Origin: Octopus sinensis
Taxonomy: Eukaryota
Direction of reading: 5' to 3'
DNA: 64,000 nucleotides
Assembly: GCF_006345805.1 (NCBI RefSeq)
Contig: NC_043006.1
Location: forward strand, 81,344,001-81,408,000
Of this stretch, positions 52,703-64,000 are shown in pieces. Positions within the stretch are counted from its first letter, which is position 1. Every line of letters starts with the position of its first letter. Both the position numbers and the translations under genes were made by a program. The notes under the pieces are model-generated. The model ran no database searches, was not told where the DNA came from, and was given only the letters and a program-made list of their open reading frames with translations.

Positions 52703-54613
52703 ATGTCTGCATGTAAACGTATACAAAACGATCAAACAATAATAATTAAACAAGCAGATAAAGGTGGTGCAATTGTTATTATGGATACCGAATACTATAA
52801 GGATTTGGTTGAAGACCAACTGAAGGATACAACCTTCTATTGTGAAATACCCGCAAATATAGACCACCACATCATGAAAAAGATCAACAACCTGATTTCA
52901 ACACACCACAACTCACTTACGGATAATGAAAAAGACTACATCACCAATTTTGAACCAAAACCCAGCAACTTCTACGGCTTACCAAAAATACACAAATCAA
53001 AAAACATTCAACAGGCAGTAAAAGAACAAGAAAGTGAGTACATAAAATTATTACATCCAAAAGACCTAAAACTTAGACCTATTATAGCTGGTCCAGCATG
53101 CCCTACACACCGTCTAAGCAATTTTATTGACATTGTTTTGAAACCACTATGTACTTACATACCAAGTTTCATCAGGGATGACATCGACTTCCTGTCCCAT
53201 CTTCCCAAAACAACAGAAACAAATTCAGTTTTACTAAGTTTTGATGTGGTAAGCCTCTACACCAATATTCCACACGATTTAGGAATAAAGGCGATTAAAT
53301 ACTGGTTAGAAAAACATAGAGAAGTGATTCCCAGCAGATTCACAGTGCCATTTATATTAGACACAGTCAAACTTATTCTAGAAAATAACACATTCTTCTT
53401 CAATGGAAAGAATTACATCCAAATTAGAGGCACGGCGATGGGAACGAGGTTTGCTCCCGTTTACGCCAACTCTGTAATGGGATACTTAGAAGAACAACTC
53501 TACCAAGAGGTGGAGGTAAACTATGGCACTGGATTTAGGAAGTATATTGAAAAGGCATGGAAGAGATACCTAGACGACTGTTTCATAATCTGGACAGAAT
53601 CTCTAAATACTCTGGAAGAGTTCAATATCCTCCTGAACAACCTACACCCATCTCTCCAATTTACAAAGGAGATGAGTAGTACCAAATTACCATTCCTGGA
53701 TATAATGGTAATTAAAAAAGACACCACCATCACCACAGATATATACTATAAACACACAGACACACATCAATACCTAAATTTTAAGTCGTGCCATCCACCA
53801 CATACAAAACGTAACATCCCATACTGCCTAGCCAGAAGAATTTGTACTATTGTAGAAGATGCAAATATCAGGAACAAACGCCTAATAGAACTAAGAGAAT
53901 TTTTGCTCAAACAAAAATACCCATCTCTACTTATAGAAAATGGCATACAGCGGGCTATAAAAATACCCATACAACAACTTAGGACAACCCAAGGAAGAGG
54001 AAAACAAGAACAAGTCATACCATTCATAGTGACACACAACCCATGTCACCAGAATATCTTCAACATTGCCAAAGCAAACCTACCAATCATTGCCCAAAGT
54101 AATGAATTAAAAGACATAATCACGGATCGAGCTATGGTGCTTAGTAAAAGACAGCCTAAAAACTTGAAAACATTACTAACAAAGGCAAAATTTGACCTCA
54201 GCAACAAAGACCAAACATTCACGGTATCTAAATGCAATGATAGCCGATGTGGCACATGGCAATTCATACATACCGGTCAATATATAAACACAAAAACCGG
54301 GAAAATATTCACAAACGCGAATATGAACTGCAAAAGCAGAAATTTAATTTACTGCATCAAATGCCCAAATTGTGAAGAAATATATGTAGGTCAGACGGGA
54401 AAAGCACTATTAGAACGCTCACGTGTACACCGGCAACAGATTAGAGACCCAGAGATCCGTCAGATACCTTTGAGTAACCACCTAGCAACATGTGGTCGGA
54501 AAATATATATAATATTTCCATTCTACAAATTACACAGCCCAAGTGAAATCGAGAGGAAAATCAGAGAAAAGAATTTTATTGATAAATTCGAACCCAAGCT
54601 AAATAAGCAATAA
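52703..54613 (+). CDS. PLE reverse transcriptase + Cys-knuckle + GIY-YIG endonuclease; frame open upstream to 52280 without ATG
   Basis: RT motifs SFDVVSLYTNI, GTAMGTRFAP, YLDD; C-terminal IYCIKCPNCEEIYVGQT...ER...EKNFIDKFEPKLN. Manual translation upstream gives the PLE motif IINLSKRDLDNDEIQLLSKGLKFTPTP (from about 52388); previous in-frame stop is TAA 52277-52279. Confidence 0.95.
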   Translation: MSACKRIQNDQTIIIKQADKGGAIVIMDTEYYKDLVEDQLKDTTFYCEIPANIDHHIMKKINNLISTHHNSLTDNEKDYITNFEPKPSNFYGLPKIHKSKNIQQAVKEQESEYIKLLHPKDLKLRPIIAGPACPTHRLSNFIDIVLKPLCTYIPSFIRDDIDFLSHLPKTTETNSVLLSFDVVSLYTNIPHDLGIKAIKYWLEKHREVIPSRFTVPFILDTVKLILENNTFFFNGKNYIQIRGTAMGTRFAPVYANSVMGYLEEQLYQEVEVNYGTGFRKYIEKAWKRYLDDCFIIWTESLNTLEEFNILLNNLHPSLQFTKEMSSTKLPFLDIMVIKKDTTITTDIYYKHTDTHQYLNFKSCHPPHTKRNIPYCLARRICTIVEDANIRNKRLIELREFLLKQKYPSLLIENGIQRAIKIPIQQLRTTQGRGKQEQVIPFIVTHNPCHQNIFNIAKANLPIIAQSNELKDIITDRAMVLSKRQPKNLKTLLTKAKFDLSNKDQTFTVSKCNDSRCGTWQFIHTGQYINTKTGKIFTNANMNCKSRNLIYCIKCPNCEEIYVGQTGKALLERSRVHRQQIRDPEIRQIPLSNHLATCGRKIYIIFPFYKLHSPSEIERKIREKNFIDKFEPKLNKQ

Positions 54614-54936
54614 TAATAATAATAATACTTAGAGGTATTACTTCCACTGCTACGACCATGACCACTAACAACAACAACAATACTAAAGGTGATCAAGATG
54701 AAGATAGCAGGAAAATTGTCTTATTTAGGGTTAAAAATTCTATTGCCACCACCATCACCACTAGCAACAATAATTAAGGTGCTGACAATGATGATGATGA
54801 CAATTGAAATATAAAAATATAAAAATCTCTGACAAAGGATATTTACAACATTTCTAAAAATAACTCAACAATTGCTGCTTCGGCCAGGGTCAAGATACAG
54901 GACTCTTGACATGTCCAACAAAGCGTGATGCCTAAA

Positions 54937-55072
54937 CCAATCAGCTCAACCAACCAATCAGCTTAAGTAATTGAGTGATACTACACACTGATTGGTCAGA
55001 ATACAGTTTGCAAAACCTAGCACTCTGGAGCCTCTCCCAGCTGTATTTATAGCACAGAATCAATCATCTTGC
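54937..55072 (+). promoter_or_regulatory. Putative Pol II promoter in 3' pLTR
   Basis: CCAATCAG at 54937 and 54954, ATTGG at 54991, TATTTATA 55044-55051, Inr-like TCATCTT 55064-55070 where the 5' repeat begins. Confidence 0.55.
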
Positions 55073-55114
55073 TACAGTCAAAAATTGTGAAGCATGACTG
55101 TCAACACTACTACA

Positions 55115-55159
55115 TGAACCCGAAGATTGCAGAATTCAATGCATGAAAGTACTAGTTCA
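55115..55159 (+). ncRNA. Minimal type I hammerhead ribozyme (3' pLTR)
   Basis: Same fold as 50839-50883; single difference lies in loop II. Confidence 0.7.
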
Positions 55160-55328
55160 ATCAGAATGAATATTTAACATTCTACTATTTCATTTTATTT
55201 TATTCAATTATAATATATTATCTTATAATATATCATTATAAGATTGTAAATAAAACGTGAAAATCAGACAAGGTTGGAATTCTTTTTATTAACATTATAT
55301 ATATATTGTACATATATATATATATAAT

Positions 55329-55361
<33 letters not shown>

Positions 55362-55391
55362 TATATATATATATATATATACATACACACA

Positions 55392-55555
55392 AAACGGGTT
55401 ATTTCAGTTTCTGTGTACCAAATTCACTCACAAGACTCTGGTCGGCCCTAGTCTACTGTAAAAGACACCTGCCGAAGATGCCACTCAGTGGGACTGAAAC
55501 CGGAAAAGTGGGGTTGGGAAGCAAGCTTCTTTCTAGACAGACATTGCAGTACCTA
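55392..55555 (-). mobile_element. SINE family A, head half
   Basis: TCAGTTTCTGTGTACCAAATTCACTCACAAG...GGGACTGAAACCGGAA; with 50296-50512 may be one SINE split by the PLE/(TA)n. Confidence 0.6.
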
Positions 55556-55904
55556 TTGTCATTTCTAATTTCCTCATGTACCACTCAGTGTACCTGAGCA
55601 TCTTACGTGACAGGAACATCATCCCCCTCTATCATTACCATGCTTACGTCTCGTTCCTAGCCAAATTATATCATAGTGCATAACAATATCCCCATAGAAA
55701 TAGTTATATTGGGTTTCAGATTATTTCTAGGGTAAAAACCTTGCAGACGGAGATGGCAAGACAGAGTTAATAAGAAATACATTTAGAAACTGCCTGTTTT
55801 TAAGTTTGGTCTCATTCCGCAACGCCTGATATGACGTCTGACGATTGGAAACGAAAAATTAGAATAACTACATGAGTGGTTTCAGCTGCAGGAACTGCAT
55901 ACAT

Positions 55905-57411
55905 AAGATATACACATACATACATGCATAGACACACCACATTCATACATACATACATACATACATATATACATACATTCATACATACATACATACATAC
56001 ATACATACATACATACATACATACATTCATACATACATTCATACATACATACATTCATACACATATATATACAGACACTAGCAGTATCGCCCGGCGTTGC
56101 TCAGGTTTGTAAGGGAAATAACTATAAAGCATTTTTAGAGAGTTATAGCCAAAAAATAGCAAAAAAAATGGAAAAAAATGATGGTAAATTTTTTTTGAGA
56201 GTAAAAAAAGGTGGAGTTGCGTCCCCTATACAGTTTGTGTTTCTGATTCTTGACCCCATGTCGAATTTATCGATTTTTTTCAGAACTGGGGGAACTTTTC
56301 AAAATTTTCGCTGCGTTAGTTTTGAATTATGACATTGGGCTATGTGTGTGTCAAGTTTCATCAGAATCGGTTGGAAGCCGTGGTCAGGGTGAGGGTACAA
56401 GCAAACAGACACACAGAAACACGCACAGACAAACTGCCGTTTATATAGAGAGAGATACTTGCATACATACATACATACATACATACATTCATACATACAT
56501 TCATACATACATAGATACATGCATATATACATACATACATACATACATTCATACATACATACATACATTCATACATACATACATACATACATAGATACAT
56601 GCATATATACATACATACATACATACATTCATACATACATACATACATTCATACATACATACATACATACATACATTCATACATACATATATACATGCAT
56701 ACATTCATACATACATACGTACATTCATACATACATTCATAGATACATACATACATGCATACATACATAATACATACATACATACTTTCATACATACATA
56801 CACACATACATACATACATACATGCATACATACATAATACATACATACATACTTTCATACATACATACACACATACATACATACATACATACATACATTC
56901 ATACACTATACATACATATATACATACTTGCATACATACATACATACATACATACATACATACATGCATACATTCATACATACATACATACATACATGCA
57001 TACATACATTCATACATACATACATACATACATACATAGTTGCATACATACATACATACATACGTACATACATACATACATACATACATACATTCATACA
57101 TACATTCATACATACATACGTACATTCATACATACATTCATACATACATACATGCATACATACATAATACATACATACATACATACATACATTCATACAT
57201 ACATTCATACATACATACATACATTCATACATACATACATACATTCATACATACATTCATACATACATACATACATGCATACATACATTCATACATACAT
57301 ACATACTTTCATACATACATACACACATACATACATACATACATTCATACACATATATATACATACATACTTGCATACATACATACATACATACATACAT
57401 ACATACATACA

Positions 57412-57445
<34 letters not shown>

Positions 57446-57665
57446 CATACATACATACATACATGCGTACGTACATACATGCATACATACATTCATACGT
57501 ACATACATACATACATACATACTTACATACATACATGCATGCATACATACATACATACATACATACATAATACATACATACATACATACATACATGCGTA
57601 CGTACGTGCATTTGTGTATATGTGTGCGTGTGTATTTATGCACCAACATCTGCATGTATGTATGT
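55905..57665. repeat. Large (CATA)n array with higher-order units
   Basis: About 1.7 kb of TACA variants; explains all IHTY/MYVC ORFs. Confidence 0.95.
56078..56455 (-). mobile_element. Non-autonomous Helitron (related subfamily) inside the (CATA)n array
   Basis: Shares the 3' hairpin/CTAG end in reverse orientation; 5' TCTCTCTATATAAAC. Confidence 0.75.
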
Positions 57666-58334
57666 ATGTACATAGATGCTTATACAACAGCATGAAAATG
57701 GCCTATTAACTGATATTTCCAGCAATAAATAAACAAACAAACAAACAAACAAATGCCGTGTATGGTATTTGTTACTTCTGATTTCTGTAGACACTTGTTC
57801 ATGACCTCTGCCTTCGTAATTAATCCGTAATGTTTATCTGCAAATTGCAAAATACCAGCAATTGATTCTTTCAGAAACCTACAACAAATGACAAAATGCT
57901 ACATACAAATATAAAAAACACAAAACAACGAAGATAGCTGATGAGTAGTCTTTAAACATTTACTTTTCGTTAAATCTTGCCTCATAAAGACTCTCTGAAT
58001 CAAGAAATGATTTGGATTCTAATGCAAAGTCGCAATAGCAGGGATATATAATCTGCTATTGTGTTATTATTAATTTGTATTGTTTTTAAATTGCGAGAAA
58101 ACCTAGTAGTTGTCGTCTCCTAGGATTAGCGAGGAAATCTTTAAAGTTCATCATACCACAGACGCACACAGAAACACACACATACACACACACTCACACA
58201 CATATAAATACATACATACATACACACACATACATACACACATACATACATACATACATACATACATACATACATACATACATACACACACACATACATA
58301 CACACATACATACATACATACATACATACATACA

Positions 58335-58366
<32 letters not shown>

Positions 58367-58437
58367 CTTTCTCGCTGGACTACTTGTTCGTTTCTTTTTT
58401 TGTCATCTACAATTTTATTTTTGTGCTTCTATACATA

Positions 58438-59709
58438 CGAGGGGCGTTCAATAAGTAATGCCCCTGACCCACTTCCCATAGCAGTAGAAGAACGAAACTT
58501 GGCACAGTTATTAGTCTTCTTCTACATAGGAAGCACCCAGAGTTACGCATTTCTCACATCGTTTGATGCAGCTCTGAAGACCGTTTTTGTAGTAGACCCC
58601 AGCTTGGTCCTCCAACCACGACGTGACTTCAGAAATCAAAGCTGCATCATCTGGGAAACGCTTTCCTTTCAAAAACAACTTCATAGATGGGAAGAGGTGA
58701 AAATCAGAGGGTGCAAGGTCAGGAGGGATGAGTTCATAGCCGCAGGCCTGTGCTTCTGATCTGGCGACAAGCGAGTTGTGAACCGGAGCGTTGTCCTGCA
58801 AGAGGAAGATGCCTTTGCTGATCTTGCCCCGCCTCTTGATTTTGATAGCTTCTCTTAATTTCGTCAAAAGTGAAGCATAATAGGCTCCTGTAATTGTGGC
58901 ACCCTTTGCCAGGAAATCTGTCATCAGTACTCCGTCCTGGTCCCAGAAGACTGTGAGCATGACCTTGCCAGCAGAGGGCTGCACCCTGCCTCTTTGGAGG
59001 AGGTGAGTCACGGTGTGTCCACTGCATTGACTGGGCTTTGGTCTCTGGATCATTGTGATGGACCCAGGTTTCATCCTGTGTAATCAGTATTTTGAAAAAT
59101 TTTGACTCATTTTCTTGGCACATCTCCAAATTCATCCTCGAGCAATCGACACGTTCTGCTTCTGAAAAGATGTGAGCAACCTGGGAATCCATCTGGCAGA
59201 CACCTTTTGCATATGCAAATGGTCATGAATGATAGTTTCCACAGAACCGGTACTAATCTTGACCTCATGGGCTATTGGCGAATAGTTATGCGTCGATCTT
59301 CCAAAATGGCAGCCTCAAACATGAGGACAGATGCCTCATCAATGGCAGAAGGGACGACAGATCTGGGAGCTGTTTCCACAGAGTTGCCGACAGTTTGAAT
59401 TCACGATGCCAGCGTTTTATTTACAAGGTCATTGATGGGGGCATCATCACCATAAGTTACTTCATTTCATCAAAAGTCTCCGTGGTGTGGCGTCCTTTCA
59501 AATACAAAAACCGGATCACTGCTCGACACTCAACAAGCTCCATTTCACACTTGACTCAGTTCAAACACCTGTAAATCAGAAACCACAATTAGTCAGAGCT
59601 GTAATTTGCCACTTAATCTATAAAGATATAAATAATTGTACATGCAAAATTTCAGCTAGGTCAAACAAATGAAAGTGGGTCAGAAGCATTACTTATTGAA
59701 CGCCCCTCG
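58438..59709 (-). mobile_element. Full-length mariner (about 1.27 kb) with 37-bp TIRs and TA TSD
   Basis: TIR CGAGGGGCGTTCAATAAGTAATGC(CC/TT)CTGACCCACTT at both ends, TA at 58436-37 and 59710-11. Confidence 0.95.
58511..59543 (-). pseudogene. Mariner DD34D transposase, frameshifted
   Basis: MELVECRAVIRFLYLKG; ITQDETWVHH; SAGKVMLTVFWD; LLQDNAPVH; PDLAPSDFHLF (HPPYS deleted). Confidence 0.9.
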
Positions 59710-60101
59710 TATGAAGATATTTCCTCCGTCCGTCTGGCTGTTTTTTCTCTACAAAACGGAAAGCTATATTGTGGAATAGTCATTTTAACGAGCTGTCTTT
59801 ATTTACTTATCACCCGATGAGATATATCTGCACCACCGGATGCTCCTGAACCAGTTGTTGAGTGTCCCACCCAAGAGGAATCGATGCTAGATGTGTCGAA
59901 ACAATTGTCGCGATTATTAATAAATTCACATATATTCCGTCTTCTGTCTTTCATTTGCTACATATATATACCATTCTGCCTAAATAACGGATCTACAAAT
60001 GCAATATCCTTGCATATCTCACATCTATTTTCATTCCTCCACTTCACTCTCTATTTCGTATCTTATCTAAATTAGCTATTGCTTAACCATTTTCTCACAC
60101 C

Positions 60102-60149
60102 GTCTCCGATGAAGGTATATAATAAATATCCTGGAAACTGCTATAAAAC
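60102..60149 (+). ncRNA. Degenerate hammerhead-like motif
   Basis: GTCT-CCGATGA-AGG...CCT-G-GAAAC-TGCT-ATA-AAAC; stems I and III partly decayed; (TA)n at 60211. Confidence 0.4.
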
Positions 60150-60419
60150 CTATTTATAAATGTAAAATCTTCACACCCTTGGTTTTTTATCTCATTCTGA
60201 AAACATTATTATATATATAAATAGTGTGTATGTATATATAATATATATATATATATATATACACATATATATACATATACATTTATAATATATATATTAT
60301 ATATATATATAAATATGTGGTGTGTAGTATATATATATTACACATATATATACATATACATATATATATTATAGTATATATATATATATATATAATATAT
60401 ATATATATACAAATATATA

Positions 60420-60453
<34 letters not shown>

Positions 60454-60972
60454 CTTATATATATATATACAGGAGATCGCTGCTGTAATATATATGATGA
60501 AAATATTGCATAACAACAACAACAGCTGCAGCAGAAAGATAATAGATATTTCTAAATCATCTTCATATGTTGAGTATTATATTCCTAAAATATGGAGGAC
60601 AAGTCATAGGCTTACATGGTTTCCATAGTTATTGCCACTTAAAAATGACACCAATCATTTAAATCGTACTCTAATCATATGATAAACCTATACACGCAGT
60701 TGAATGCCCGAATTTTCACTCCAGATGACTGTATAATTATTGAAAGTATACAACAAAGAGAGAAGGTTTTATGACAATCAATATTGTTATCGTTCTTATA
60801 AAAGGCGTAAAGGTAATTTAACTGGAACAGTACGAAAGAATGTCGTATTGCTTACGTTAGCATCTCAATGGTTACCAAGAATTGAAAAGGAACTGAGAAA
60901 TACGTTTGACATGAGAACATGTGTTGCTGAGAGATATTGTTCAATAGACATTCAAGTCCACACAGACACACA

Positions 60973-61011
<39 letters not shown>

Positions 61012-61992
61012 CGAACACACTCTGGCAAGCGTGGAGATACACACACAGACGCACACACACACATGCACCTGCACATATATGCATGCACATATATATTGTT
61101 GCGATGAACTGGTGGGAACTAACGAAAGAATAGAAATCTCCTTCAAATTTATATTTCTTAAACACGCTGCTTTTAGGGCGCTGAGATACTATTGTTCTAT
61201 GCGAGTTAACCTTTATCTATCTAACTATCTATCTATTGATCGATCCGTCTACACACATACACATATATACCTATGTATAAATGTAAATACAGTGTACATT
61301 TAAAAACATAAGAGATGGCCATAATAGGGTATCTAACCCGCTAGAAGGAGTAGTTAAAATTCAAACCACCATTAGGGGTAATTTCGAAATGGAATGAAAA
61401 ATAAAAACATTTACCATCTATTTCCTGTACCATGGTTTCAAGCTATCTTCAGCAAATACAATAATTTGCTAGGCGCAGCTATCATCAGCAGGAAAGCCTA
61501 GATTAACATATAAATACTAGGCAATACAGAACATGCCTTGTGCAGTTTTTTATCGGCAGCAAATAGAAAAGATGCCGATTGTCTTCCAAAATTAGCCAAA
61601 ACATCATGAACGCTACTTCAAACTTCATTGAATAAGCCTACCATCAACGGCATTTCTACTATAACCAAACCGGTTATAGTTAGGGACATCTAGTATTACA
61701 GTATTGAATGCTTTATTCTGTTTATAAGAATTTTGTGTTTCATTTGGGAAAAGTTTTCGCTGCTTCTGGTTACAGATCAAGCGACTATGTAGATGGTGTC
61801 TTGTTATCTCGTAATGTATTGAATTTGAATAGCCATGTCAGTTTCCGCTTGCTTGCAGTTTAAACTTGTCACACCGACTTCTGTCTATGAAGTTTAGTAG
61901 GCCTGAAGTTGTAAATATTCGAGACCTGTGTTAAGGAGTAAGTTATTATTGAGGCTGTATATGAAGAATACCCACCTCATGTAGATACAAAA

Positions 61993-62353
61993 TCTTTATA
62001 TATAAAAGAGAAGTTGTGTGTCTGTCTCCTACGATTTAGATTCCTAACTACTCCCACATTTTGCGCTGCAGTTTAACCAAAAGCGGGTATCTTATAGTCG
62101 TGATTCATACCGAGCCCTTCTGGGTATTAGCGCGCGTCTACGATGAGTCTACGATTAAAAAAAAAAATTACCATCAATTTTTCCCATTTTAATGCATTTT
62201 TGGCATATATAAGGAAAGTAACTCTCTAAAAAGTTATTATTAAATCTCAGAACGTAAAAAGCTATTGAGATGGCTATTATACTTTACATCTCTAAAAATG
62301 CTTATATAGTTATTTCCCTTACAAACCCGAGCAACGCCGGGCGATACTGCTAG
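61993..62353 (+). mobile_element. Non-autonomous Helitron
   Basis: A|TCTTTATATATAAAAG...CCCGAGCAACGCCGGG-CGATACTG-CTAG|T. Confidence 0.82.
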
Positions 62354-63849
62354 TATATTATGAAAAATAGAGCGACGGCCGAAGTAGGAATTTCTCTAGA
62401 AATTTTGACGGCGTACCACGAAGTTAGGCGTATGGTTACGAAGAGACGGCAGGTGTTCTTTGTTGCTAGTTAAGTTTTGTTATATCAGAAAATTACGACG
62501 ACTACCTTTTACTCAATATTAACGAGCAACGTTATTTAACGATTTTTCTTTTGGGTGGGGGAACGGATTACCTTTTTAAGCATACTTTATAAAGAAATGA
62601 AATCGTTTGATATTGAATATATTACCATATTGTTAGATCATTCTTCAGACATCTACCTGAACAAAAATATATCTAGGAAAGTAAAAACCATCTTACTTAC
62701 TATTTTAATAATTCAAGATATATTACAATTTTATCAATTTATTTGCTGTTTATACACATGCATGTATATAGATATATGTGTACGAGTTGAGCATTTGTAT
62801 TGCGTGTCTGTGTATGTATAAGACATACTCTGATAACACATACGCGAATATACATACATGAATGTTTTTTCCTATTACAAAACACACATTGAGTTATGAT
62901 ACACTATATTATATTGTAATAGAATCATTGCAAGTCATATGTGTTGTATATATAACTTGTTAATGTTCTGAGTCGAGAAGAAAAAGTGCATGAAGAAATA
63001 AATAAAGAAGGATAGAGGAAAAGCTGATTGAAAATAGATATAACAAAGTGAAAGAGGTTTTATGATGAAAATGCAAAATCTGCAGTGTTGAAGAAAGATA
63101 AATTATATGCAATGTTACGTACAGGTAAGTAACATCACGCAAGAGAGAAGTAGAAGGCGAAAGAGCGAGCGAGACAGAGAGATGAGACAGGGAGACAGAC
63201 AAGCTATTACTGAAAGAGATGTATAACAAAGACGAAAATGGACATTAACAAACGCAGTGGGGGAGAAGAGAGAAAGATAAAGACAGATTATTAAAATGGT
63301 GAGGTGGGAGAAGATGTAAAAGACATATACTAGAAAACGAAAGGGTAGTAGAAGAAGACAGACACTAGAAATGCTGAGGGTAGGAGGAGAAAAAGAAAAA
63401 AGCTACTACTGAGAGGAACAGGAATGAATGAGACAGATATAGAGAAATATATAATTTTTCAGACGACAAACTGCCACCTGACCTAATAGAAAAAACAGAC
63501 GTCATACTTCGTTAACACAGACAATATGAAAATAATTTTAATCTGCCTGTCTGTTACTTATATTTAGAAATCATTTATCGTAAGTGCTAAATTGCAATTT
63601 GTTGTTTATTCTGCTTAAAAATCAAAAGAAAATTTTGGACAAACTGTGGGAAAGACGAAGAAATGGACGAGTGGGTTTTTTTTTAAAAATTAAATAGTAG
63701 AGAAAATTAATGATGTTACTGAAAAGTAAAGCCACGCAATGATACGACAGTGGTTTTGAACAGGGTGACGGATTGGCACTACTGCTCTTAAGAGATGAAT
63801 TGCATTCAACTGTAAATCAAAGCTGACATTTGGTCACAGCCAACCGATT

Positions 63850-64000
63850 TAGGTTTCAATACCTATTCTTTATTACCCACAAGGGGCTAAACACAGAGCG
63901 GACAAACAAGGACAGACATAGGTATTAAGTCGATTACATCGACCCCAGTGCGTAACTGGTACTTAATTGATCGACCCCGAAAGGATGAAAGGCAAAGTCG
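63850..64000 (-). mobile_element. SINE (family C core), truncated by window end
   Basis: CGACTTTGCCTTTCATCCTTTCGGGGTCGATCAATTAAGTACCAG on minus strand. Confidence 0.7.

Larger units (their letters stand above)
50791..55292 (+). mobile_element. Penelope-like retroelement (Neptune-type), near full length, with partial 5' and full 3' pseudo-LTR, inserted in (TA)n
   Basis: Direct repeat 50791-51015 = 55067-55292 brackets ORF1 and an RT/GIY-YIG ORF; (TA)n arrays on both sides; HHR in each repeat. Confidence 0.93.
54614..55292 (+). repeat. 3' UTR/pseudo-LTR of the PLE
   Basis: Follows the RT/EN stop; contains promoter-like motifs, HHR and the repeat of the 5' end; near-identical inverted copy at 32.9-33.8 kb. 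Confidence 0.85.

Noticed and set aside
55812-58454. Long IHTY/MYVC ORFs (up to 295 aa)
   Set aside because: Translations of (CATA)n arrays; the same applies to YI/CV/poly-I/poly-E ORFs elsewhere.
59868-59912. Hammerhead relic (CCAAGAG...GAAAC-AATT-GTC)
   Set aside because: Palindromic stem III present but core and stem I broken; not counted.

Overview
AT-rich, microsatellite-dense animal genomic DNA; the SINE and repeat content resembles an octopus/coleoid genome (inference). No host protein-coding exon could be supported, and most short ORFs in the track are microsatellite translations. Main feature: a near-intact Neptune-type Penelope-like retroelement (50791-55292) with an N-terminal ORF overlapping an RT + Zn-knuckle + GIY-YIG ORF, flanked by pseudo-LTR repeats carrying minimal hammerhead ribozymes (HHR). 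About a dozen HHR or HHR-like motifs from several unrelated families, folded by eye, occur across the window. Almost all lie roughly 55-170 nt upstream of a (TA)n array, suggesting a (TA)n-targeting Penelope/HHR system with non-autonomous derivatives. Also present: R4/Dong-like remnants at (TAA)n, two mariner remnants (one split by an RTE-like LINE), non-autonomous Helitrons, many tRNA-derived SINEs and several microsatellite-bounded tandem duplications.
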